Assembly: GCA_963745035.1 (NCBI GenBank)
Contig: CAVUVW010000013.1
Location: 448,001 to 512,000 of the forward strand
DNA from: an uncultured delta proteobacterium
GTDB taxonomy: Bacteria; Desulfobacterota; Binatia; UBA9968
Length of the DNA: 64,000 nucleotides
Direction: 5' to 3'
Made by a program: the position numbers and the translations under genes. Shown here piece by piece: positions 32,019-39,882 of the stretch. Under the pieces are notes generated by a model, which was not told the DNA's origin, did not search any database, and worked only from the letters and a program-made list of their open reading frames with translations. Numbering within the stretch: position 1 is the first letter of the stretch; every line of letters begins with the position of its first letter.

Positions 32019-32804
32019 TTATGTAACGATCGCAATTTTAACTTTATCGCCGATTTTGAGGCCCGTGCGGCGCTCTGCGCTCGCGCCCGGCGCGGCGATT
32101 TCCAGCAGGCCCCAACTGTTTGTAATGCCGACAAGATCGCCCGCGCCGGCCGCAGCGTAATGGGGTGCTATCTCGACAACGCGAACGCCGCCGCCGATGA
32201 CAATTTCGAGGCGCGCATCGGCCAGTCCCGTCAAATCACGCTCTTCGATATTTGTAAACAGATTGCCAAAGCGGTCGATGTAAATGATTTCGCCGTTGAT
32301 CTCTCTCGACCCGCGCACCGCTTTGGGAAGCGCCAATCGATGGAATGTCGCCAATCTTTCGCCGAACGCGCTCGGCGAGACGCCGCGCGAGAGATGGGCG
32401 GCGGCCGGAGCAAAAATATCCCGGCCGTGAAACGTCGCGCTCGCGGGTTGCAACTGGTAGGCGGGATTGGAAAGTCGGGTGATGCGCGCGGGATGTCGCT
32501 CGTCGATCGCCAAACTGAGTACGCCGTTGTCCGGGCCGATGAAGTAATTGCCGCCACATTCGATTAACAGCGGCAGCCGCGCGCTGCCGACCCCGGGGTC
32601 GATCACCGCAACGTGAATGGTTCCGGCCGGGAAATAAGCGATCGAATGGCGCAGGGTCAGCGCCCCTGCCAAGATATCTTGGGCGGGAATGCCGTGGGTC
32701 AGATCGACCACCCGGACTTGCGCGTCGATGCTTGCGATGACGCCTTTCATGACGCCGACAAAGGCGTCTTGCAGGCCGAAGTCTGTGGTCAAAGTGATGA
32801 TCAT
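32019..32804 (-). CDS. SAM hydroxide adenosyltransferase (DUF62, chlorinase/fluorinase family)
   Basis: LTTDFG, VIDPGVG, GPDNG, TFHGRDIF and IDRFGN motifs. Confidence 0.93.
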   Translation of the reverse strand: MIITLTTDFGLQDAFVGVMKGVIASIDAQVRVVDLTHGIPAQDILAGALTLRHSIAYFPAGTIHVAVIDPGVGSARLPLLIECGGNYFIGPDNGVLSLAIDERHPARITRLSNPAYQLQPASATFHGRDIFAPAAAHLSRGVSPSAFGERLATFHRLALPKAVRGSREINGEIIYIDRFGNLFTNIEERDLTGLADARLEIVIGGGVRVVEIAPHYAAAGAGDLVGITNSWGLLEIAAPGASAERRTGLKIGDKVKIAIVT

Positions 32805-33007
32805 GAATAGCTTTGCTGCCAATCTAAGCAAAAACCCCCGAAGACCGCAAAGCGAGCGCGCGACCTACAACTTTGACATCGACGTAGCTGGGCGAACGAT
32901 CAAATACTCAATTTTTACGAAGTATTTCGTTCGTAGTGAGCACCGGTGGTTGCTACCGCGTAAACTGGCGGCGGCATAATGGCCTGCGTCCATACAACTT
33001 CGGGAAT

Positions 33008-33775
33008 TTAACCGCCGCGCGCTTGTTGGGCGACCGCTACAGCGTCTGCGAGATGGGCCGGGTTGATCGTGCCGACGATCAGCGCGTCGATGAATTCCTG
33101 GCGCAGGACGTATTCAACGGCTGCGCGCGCTTCAAGGTGGCCGCTAAAGAGTCCTTTGATCGCCAGGACGCCAAGGCCGCGATCGTGCGCCGCGGCAAGC
33201 GCGGTGGCCAGCGCCGGTTCCTTTTGGCTGAAGGGCGCCATCACCACGTCGAGCGTGCGCGCCGCCTCGCGTATGCCGCTTGCCGTCTTCGCGGAGATTC
33301 CCGCTGCGCGGATCTTGCCGGCTTGCTTGAGTCGGGAGAGCGCTTCCAGCGTGTCGGTGTGCGTAAGTATCTCAACGTCTTTGCCGTCTGAGTGCAGCAA
33401 CAGCACGTCGATATGATCGGTGCGCAATCGGCGCAGGCTCTGCTCTACGCTGGCGCTTATCGCCGGGGCGGAGAAATCATAGCTCGAGCGGCCGTCTACG
33501 TACCGTTCGCCGCACTTGGTGCAGAGGACGATCTGGTCTCGATGATGTTCGATAAAGCCGCCGAGCCGCCGCTCGCTATCGCCGTAGGCGGGCGCGGTGT
33601 CGATGATATTGACTCCCAGCTTGGCGGCGGATTCGAGCAGCGCGGCGATTTGTTCGTCCGAGGGCAGGGCAAAACTTTCCGGGTACTTGACGTCAGTGTT
33701 GCGGCCGAGCTTGGTGGTGCCGAGGCCGATGGGACTTACGGCAAGGCCGCTCCGGCCTAATTGACGGCGAACCAT
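33008..33775 (-). CDS. Aldo/keto reductase
   Basis: IDTAPAYG.SE, LCTKCG and SLRRLRTDHID motifs; overlaps the upstream gene end. Confidence 0.93.
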   Translation of the reverse strand: MVRRQLGRSGLAVSPIGLGTTKLGRNTDVKYPESFALPSDEQIAALLESAAKLGVNIIDTAPAYGDSERRLGGFIEHHRDQIVLCTKCGERYVDGRSSYDFSAPAISASVEQSLRRLRTDHIDVLLLHSDGKDVEILTHTDTLEALSRLKQAGKIRAAGISAKTASGIREAARTLDVVMAPFSQKEPALATALAAAHDRGLGVLAIKGLFSGHLEARAAVEYVLRQEFIDALIVGTINPAHLADAVAVAQQARGG

Positions 33776-34926
33776 TCGGCTTCCTCCCAGGGATAGCGCG
33801 CCACAGCGGGCGCCGGCCACGACGGAATTTCATCATGACCGTCCGGTGCTTTGAGTTCGACTTGCACGAGCTCGAGAACTTCATCGGCCAGGACCGGCGC
33901 CATGGAGAGTTTGGTGGGCCAGCCAACGATGATGCCCGGCGCGACTTGGCTGGCATGGACGCCGCTCGGCCGCCGCAGCGCGGTTGTGCGTGCTTCGGCT
34001 CTGACCGCGCGATCAATCGCGATCTTGACGTGCCTGAGCTCGATACCCGGCAGCCAACGGCGGATTTCGCCGAGCGCGGCGCGCCGCGCTGCCGCCGAAT
34101 CATTTTCATCGGCGAGCCGCTCGGCGATTTCGCCGCCGACTTGCCAGACACCCGGCGCCGGTGTGGTGACGGTGAGGCCGGTCTTGCCGCCGACCACGCA
34201 GTGGCCGAACAGAGGCGGCAAGTCGCCGCGCAAGAGCACCATGCCGAGCGGTCGGCGCTGCATGATTTCCGGCTCGATCCCGACTCGGACCAGGAGATCC
34301 GCATTTCCTGCGCCGGCGGCGAATATCATGGAGCGCGGTTGCAGCAATGAATCGCCGACGCGCGCGCCATCGGCGGTGAATTGCAGGGAATGGTGATCGT
34401 ATCTGAAAATGAAATCGTGGTATTGCGCGGCGAAGGCCGCCAGAAACGAGCCGGTGGCGATGACCGGTTCGGCGAGCGCATAGACCGCCAGCGCGGAATC
34501 GCGCAGCGCCGCGGGCCATTCGCTTTTCGGCACGGTTTCGGGGCGCGTCGCCAGCAGGCCCGCCTTGGCGATCAGGCTCATCACGCCTAAAGATTGCAGG
34601 CGCGCGAGCGCGGAGCCGCGCGGCAGCCAAAGGTGACAGTGCTGGGAAAGGATTCGCGTGGCCGAGAGATTCGGCTCGAGCTCACCGGCGATGCAGCGGC
34701 GCCAGCGCTCGGGCATTCGGCTCGTCGCTTCGACGGCGGCGAAATCGCGCACGCCGCGTAGCGCATATTTGCCGCCGCCGTGAATGATGCCCTGCGCCCG
34801 GATCGTCTGGCCGCTGCCGAGCGCTTGCGATTCAAGCAGGACCGCGTGGTAGCCGGCGCGGCGCAAGCGGTCGAGACACCAAAGTCCGGCGGCCCCGCCG
34901 CCGAACACGAGCACGTCTAGGCGCAT
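33757..34926 (-). CDS. FAD-dependent oxidoreductase (DAO-like)
   Basis: GGGAAG FAD-binding motif, QGIIHGGGKY and WPTKL.MAP motifs. Confidence 0.9.
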   Translation of the reverse strand: MRLDVLVFGGGAAGLWCLDRLRRAGYHAVLLESQALGSGQTIRAQGIIHGGGKYALRGVRDFAAVEATSRMPERWRRCIAGELEPNLSATRILSQHCHLWLPRGSALARLQSLGVMSLIAKAGLLATRPETVPKSEWPAALRDSALAVYALAEPVIATGSFLAAFAAQYHDFIFRYDHHSLQFTADGARVGDSLLQPRSMIFAAGAGNADLLVRVGIEPEIMQRRPLGMVLLRGDLPPLFGHCVVGGKTGLTVTTPAPGVWQVGGEIAERLADENDSAAARRAALGEIRRWLPGIELRHVKIAIDRAVRAEARTTALRRPSGVHASQVAPGIIVGWPTKLSMAPVLADEVLELVQVELKAPDGHDEIPSWPAPAVARYPWEEAEWFAVN

Positions 34927-34977
34927 GGCGGTTTTTCTCGGTTGCCGCTCTTGAGATTTTTTCCAACCACGCTCGGC

Positions 34978-35568
34978 TCAAGGGCGCGGCGGAGGATGCG
35001 GAAAGAGCTGCTGATCGACAATCTCGCAGATGACGTGGCCGACGAGAATATGAGTCTCTTGTATGCGGGGGCTGTTTTTCCCTTCCGAGACGCACAAGAG
35101 ATAATCCACCTGACCGGCCATCTTGCCGCCGCTGCCGCCGGTCAAGCCGATGGTCTTGATCTTCAATTGCTTACAGACTTCCAGCGCGGCGAGCACGTTG
35201 GGCGAGTTGCCGCTGGTGGAAATCGCCAGCACGATGTCGCCGGCTTTTCCCAGCGCCTTCACCTGCTTGGCGAAAACTTGCGTGTAGTCGTAATCGTTGG
35301 CGATGGCCGTCAGCGCCGAGCTGTCGGTGGTGAGCGCGATGGCCGGCAGCGGTTCGCGCTCGATCAGAAAGCGATTGGTGAACTCCGCGGCGATATGCTG
35401 GGCATCGGCGGCGCTGCCGCCGTTGCCGAAAACCAGCAGCTTGTTGCCGCTCCTGAACGCGGCGGCAACGGCGTCGATGGTCTGGGTGAGCGCGTGCAGA
35501 TTGTCCCGCAGGAACGCCTGCTTGACCCGAACGCTCTCGTCGAATGCTTGTGCAATCGCTTCCTTCAT
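34978..35568 (-). CDS. gmhA: D-sedoheptulose-7-phosphate isomerase
   Basis: GNGGSAADAQH, STSGNS and RIQETH motifs. Confidence 0.95.
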   Translation of the reverse strand: MKEAIAQAFDESVRVKQAFLRDNLHALTQTIDAVAAAFRSGNKLLVFGNGGSAADAQHIAAEFTNRFLIEREPLPAIALTTDSSALTAIANDYDYTQVFAKQVKALGKAGDIVLAISTSGNSPNVLAALEVCKQLKIKTIGLTGGSGGKMAGQVDYLLCVSEGKNSPRIQETHILVGHVICEIVDQQLFPHPPPRP

Positions 35569-35618
35569 AACACTTCTGCGCGCAAGTTTTTTTACCACAA
35601 GCGCCGAGAGGGGTAAAG

Positions 35619-35879
35619 CTAAGCGCGATAGAACTCGCCGACTGCGCCGACCACGGTCTCCTGCTGTTTGCGCGTCAGTTCAGGATAGAGCGGCAAAGCC
35701 AAAACCTCGCCGGCCGCGCGCTCGGCGTGAGGAAAGTCGCCTCGTTTGTAGCCGAGCTCGGCAAAGCATTTTTGCAGGTGCAGCGGCAGCGGATAGTAGA
35801 TCTCGGTTTGGATTTCCCGCTCGGCGAGAAATTCCTTGAGCTCGTCCCGGCGCTCGGCGCCGATCGGAATCTTGAACAT
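35619..35879 (-). pseudogene. Remnant of a DegT/DnrJ/EryC1/StrS aminotransferase (C-terminal ~80 aa only)
   Basis: RDELKEFL..EI.T.IYYPLPLHLQ..F..LGY..GDFP.AE.AA.EVLALPLYPEL. The PLP-binding domain is absent. Confidence 0.85.
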
Positions 35880-35886
35880 CGCGGAA

Positions 35887-37290
35887 TTAGACGCTGGTCT
35901 TGACCGCCGGCGAGTGGCCGCGAAGGGCGTTTTCGGCGACTTCGGCGAGGATCGGATCATGGTCGTGATCGAGGGAAAAAACCCGGAACTGGACGACCTT
36001 GGACGGAATATACTCGAACAGCTCGGCGAGGGTTTCCTTGGTGATCTCGCCGCTGGAGGGATCGAAAATATGGATTTGCTTTTTGCCCATCGAGAAAGGA
36101 TTCTCCGGGCGCGGATCCTGAGTGGCCATGTCGACGCGAAAGATGATGTCGCGCGACGCCGCCGGGAGCGCCGAGCGGATGCGCTTTTCCCAGTCGGTGT
36201 CCTGAATCAGCGCGACGCCGTAGCTGAGCTCATTTAACGACAAGGTGCGATCGTACGCCATTTTCCATTTGACCTCGCGATGAAGCACGCTCTCCCATTC
36301 CTTGCCCAACCCTTGCAGATCGCCCTTTTGCCGGCGCCAGCGCGACACCTCTTCGAGCAGGGACCAGTCGGTGAGGTAGAGATAGTCGTCCATGTGCTCC
36401 AGCGGATTGCCCGGAAACAGTACCTTCATCGTCTCTGGAAAGATCTCGCGCAGGTGCAGATCGATGGCGCGGGTCGTGCGGTGATAATACACGTTAGTGT
36501 AAAGGTACAAGCGCGCGTTGAGAAAAGTCGTGAGTGCGCCGTTGCCGGCTTTGTGCACGGTCAATCCCTTGGGCGTGAAGAACGTGTAGTGAATCAGCCG
36601 CTCGCGATCGATGGGCCCGGGATGAACGCCGCACATGTAGGAGTCTCGCGAGACGTAGTCGAGGTTGTCGAAAGTAAAAATTCCGCCGGTCAGCGGTTGC
36701 AGAAAACGCACCCACCGGGGTTTCCGCTGGTCTTCCTTGCCGTTTTTCTTGATCGGAAAGGCCACGTCTTCGGGCTTCAGCTCTTCGCCGGGAGCGAAAG
36801 CGCCGCTCGGGCTGCGGCGCAGCTCGCGAATGATATCGCCCAGGTGTTTCTGGATGATCGTTTGGCCGAGATCTTCGTGGGTGAGATCGTAATGGATCAA
36901 AAAATTATCGTCGAAGAAATGGCCGAACGGGCCGTGGCCGATGTCATGCAGCAGGCCGGTGACCCGCATGTATTCCTCGATGAACGGCGCCGAGGGACAC
37001 TCGTCGCCGAGAACTTTGCGTAGAGACGGATAGAGATGCTTGGCGAATTCGCCGGCGAGGTGCATGGCGCCGAGCGAGTGTTGAAAGCGGCTGTGCTCGG
37101 CGGACGGGTAGACCCAGCGGGCGCTTTGCAGCTGATAGATGTAGCGCAGCCGCTGCACCCAGGGAGAATCGATCAGCGCCTTCTCCGTGATCTCGCCTTT
37201 GCGCAGCGGCACGGTAAATTGAATATAGCGATGGATCGGGTCGGCGATCAGCGCCGTGCCGTCGTATTCATTGTCGCCAGGTTGAGTCAT
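35887..37290 (-). CDS. HD-domain phosphohydrolase (SAMHD1/dNTP triphosphohydrolase-like)
   Basis: DPIH, QRLRYIYQL, HSRFQHSLG, LLHDIGHGPF, DNLDYVSRD and VYYH motifs. Confidence 0.92.
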   Translation of the reverse strand: MTQPGDNEYDGTALIADPIHRYIQFTVPLRKGEITEKALIDSPWVQRLRYIYQLQSARWVYPSAEHSRFQHSLGAMHLAGEFAKHLYPSLRKVLGDECPSAPFIEEYMRVTGLLHDIGHGPFGHFFDDNFLIHYDLTHEDLGQTIIQKHLGDIIRELRRSPSGAFAPGEELKPEDVAFPIKKNGKEDQRKPRWVRFLQPLTGGIFTFDNLDYVSRDSYMCGVHPGPIDRERLIHYTFFTPKGLTVHKAGNGALTTFLNARLYLYTNVYYHRTTRAIDLHLREIFPETMKVLFPGNPLEHMDDYLYLTDWSLLEEVSRWRRQKGDLQGLGKEWESVLHREVKWKMAYDRTLSLNELSYGVALIQDTDWEKRIRSALPAASRDIIFRVDMATQDPRPENPFSMGKKQIHIFDPSSGEITKETLAELFEYIPSKVVQFRVFSLDHDHDPILAEVAENALRGHSPAVKTSV

Positions 37291-37333
37291 GTGCTCGGCC
37301 GTCGAAAGTTATTGCCCGCAGAAATCGCCGGCT

Positions 37334-37762
37334 TCACAATTCGAAGATCAGATGCGCGGTCCATTGATTGCCGGTTTTTTCCATACGGCTTTTGTGAAAC
37401 GCCACGGCCGCGATTTCCTGCTGAATCTCATGGCGGTCTGGATCGATTTTTTCGCCCGCGACTTCGGCTTTGACAACCGTATCCTTCACTTCGCGAATCG
37501 AAAACTCCCGTAACAGATAGCCGCTTCCCTGGTAAAGATAGAGCAGCTCGCGCACCCAATTGACCATCAGATCGTCGCGGTCGGTCCCTTCCACCTCCAG
37601 CGGCAGGCGTTCTTTGCCTTCGATCTTTTCCATGTCCGTCACCATGACATCGAAAAGCGCCACGGCCGAGTTGGTAAACAGATCGGCTTGGGAGTCGCCG
37701 GTGACGCGGACGGCAAGCTCGGACTGGTGTTTGGTTACGCGATATTTCTTTGGCTTCTCCAT
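37334..37762 (-). CDS. Archease family protein
   Basis: Y....H..E..V..G.....LF N-terminus and EI.AV.FH..W.A.LIFEL C-terminus. Confidence 0.85.
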   Translation of the reverse strand: MEKPKKYRVTKHQSELAVRVTGDSQADLFTNSAVALFDVMVTDMEKIEGKERLPLEVEGTDRDDLMVNWVRELLYLYQGSGYLLREFSIREVKDTVVKAEVAGEKIDPDRHEIQQEIAAVAFHKSRMEKTGNQWTAHLIFEL

Positions 37763-38025
37763 GGTTGATCGACCTTCAAATAATTACGATGTACGATGAG
37801 CAGCGCGCCCCAAAAGTACGGCGCCAGCCAGCGGAATTGTGGTCCAACCGTCGGCGGTTCTGCGAGCGCGCATGCGGTTCATCTGCAACTATCGGGTTTA
37901 TTTTACAATCGGCTGGCGGTTCATCTGGTCGAGCTGCAAAATCTGCGGGCGGCGACGGCTTCGCTACTCTGGACTTCAACGGGCTAACGGTACTGCCTCA
38001 GAGATCGATAGCGCATGATGTATAT

Positions 38026-38769
38026 TTATACCCGGTTTATAAGGCTCGCCGCAAACCCCGCGCCAAAGCCGTTGTCGATATTCACCACAGTCACGCCGGC
38101 GGCGCAGGAATTGAGCATGCCGAGCAGAGCGGCGAGTCCCTGAAAGCTTGCGCCATAGCCGATGCTGGTGGGTACGGCGATGACCGGTTTCGAGACGAGC
38201 CCGCCGACCACGCTCGGCAGGGCTCCTTCCATTCCCGCAACGACGATTACGACCGCCGCGGCATCCAGTTTGAGCCGGTTGTCCAGCAGCCGGTGTATCC
38301 CTGCCACGCCGACATCGTAAAGCCGCTCCACGCGATTGCCCATCATGGTTGCGGTAACCACCGCTTCTTCGGCGACTGGAATATCCGAAGTGCCGGCGCA
38401 CACGACCAAGATCGAACCCTTGCCCGTGATCTTAATCGGTCTTGTCGACCATGTAGCGGCCCGCGCCCGCCGATGAAACCGCAGGCCGCTCCGGCGCAAG
38501 CGTGTCATCTTCTTGGGATCGAGACGGGTGATAAGAATATTCACTTTGCGCCGGCGCATCGCGCGCACGACCGCCGCGATATCGGCGGCCTCTTTGCCCT
38601 CGCCCATGATCACTTCGGGAAAACCCTGCCGCAGCGCCCGGTGATGATCGATTTTCGCAAACCCGAGGTCTTCAAACGGCAAATGGCGCAGCCGCTCGGC
38701 CGCCTGCAGAACCTTCATCTCCCCTCGGCTCACCTTTTCCAGCAGTTTCAATAAGCTTTCGGAGTCCAT
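38026..38769 (-). CDS. larB: Nickel-pincer cofactor biosynthesis protein LarB (PurE-like)
   Basis: [28 protein letters not shown] and [10 protein letters not shown] motifs. Confidence 0.93.
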   Translation of the reverse strand: MDSESLLKLLEKVSRGEMKVLQAAERLRHLPFEDLGFAKIDHHRALRQGFPEVIMGEGKEAADIAAVVRAMRRRKVNILITRLDPKKMTRLRRSGLRFHRRARAATWSTRPIKITGKGSILVVCAGTSDIPVAEEAVVTATMMGNRVERLYDVGVAGIHRLLDNRLKLDAAAVVIVVAGMEGALPSVVGGLVSKPVIAVPTSIGYGASFQGLAALLGMLNSCAAGVTVVNIDNGFGAGFAASLINRV

Positions 38770-38817
38770 CGATTAGGCTGGCGCGCTGGAATATAGAATT
38801 TCCGCCGCCCTCCCCCG

Positions 38818-39807
38818 TTATTTTTCTTGGAAATGATCATGGCCCTGCAGGCCGAGCATCGTCGTTTGTCCGAACCGGTCGCGCACGACGACTTCACGAC
38901 CGGCGACACACCGGCCGATCCGGGTGATCGGCAACCGCGCTCGGCGCGACAACTTTTCTATGCGCGCACGGCTGGCGCGCCGCGCGCAGAACAACAGCTC
39001 GTAATCCTCGCCGCCGCTCAACGCGTGGCTGGCGCCGTCTTTGCCGGCGAGCGCGCGATAGGCGCGCGAAAGCGGCAGATCATCGCGGAGAATTACCGCG
39101 CCCGTACCGCTGGCCCGGCAAATATGCCCAACGTCTTGCAGCAGCCCGTCGCTTACGTCGATCATGGCGGTGGCGAGATGCGCTTTTCCGATCAAAACGC
39201 CGGCAGCGATTCTTGGAGTCGGACGTCGATGGCGCGAAAGCAAATGAGCGGCGGTTTTTTTCCTGACGACGCTCCCGCCGCGCCGCAACAATTTTAATCC
39301 GAGCGCCGAATCGCCCAGAGTGCCGGTGACGTAGATGTCGTCGCCGGCCGCGGCGCCGGCGCGACGGATCGGACGGCGCGGCGGATGGCCGATCACACAA
39401 ACCGAGATCGTCAAGAGCTTAGCCACGCTCAAGTCGCCACCGACCACGGCTACTCCGCTGGGCCGCGCGAGCGCGTGAATACCGCGATAAAAGTCGTCGA
39501 TCTTGCCGCTGTCGAAATGCGCCGGAAGGCCAAGGGACACGACCGCATAGGCGGGCACGCCGCCCATCGCTGCGATATCGCTCAAGTTGACCGCCAACGA
39601 CTTGAATCCCAGATCGACGAGCGATGTCCACTTCAAATCGAAGTGCACGCCCTCGATCAACAGGTCGGCGCTGACCAGCGACGAGCGCGATGGGTTCTCC
39701 ACCCAGGCCGCGTCGTCGCCGATGCCGATGAGCACTCCGCGGCCGGCGGGCAAGCCACGGCGAAGCCGTTCAATCAGGCCGAACTCTCCGAGGCGGCTTA
39801 GCTTCAT
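38818..39807 (-). CDS. thiL: Thiamine-monophosphate kinase
   Basis: GEFGLI, GIGDDAA, NLSDIAAMG, DVSDGL and GGEDYEL motifs. Confidence 0.96.
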   Translation of the reverse strand: MKLSRLGEFGLIERLRRGLPAGRGVLIGIGDDAAWVENPSRSSLVSADLLIEGVHFDLKWTSLVDLGFKSLAVNLSDIAAMGGVPAYAVVSLGLPAHFDSGKIDDFYRGIHALARPSGVAVVGGDLSVAKLLTISVCVIGHPPRRPIRRAGAAAGDDIYVTGTLGDSALGLKLLRRGGSVVRKKTAAHLLSRHRRPTPRIAAGVLIGKAHLATAMIDVSDGLLQDVGHICRASGTGAVILRDDLPLSRAYRALAGKDGASHALSGGEDYELLFCARRASRARIEKLSRRARLPITRIGRCVAGREVVVRDRFGQTTMLGLQGHDHFQEK

Positions 39808-39882
39808 GAGCGCAAGAGCGGAATCGTTGGGCGATATTCGCGCTAGGTTTCGAGCAGCGGAGCGCAGCGGAAAGCGTATCGT

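Noticed and set aside
32019-32804. Fluorinase or chlorinase
   Set aside because: It has the TFHGRD motif and housekeeping context typical of the common DUF62 SAM hydrolases, and no halometabolite cluster is nearby.
37750-38754. 334-aa plus-strand ORF across larB
   Set aside because: It is antisense to a clear larB and has no motifs.
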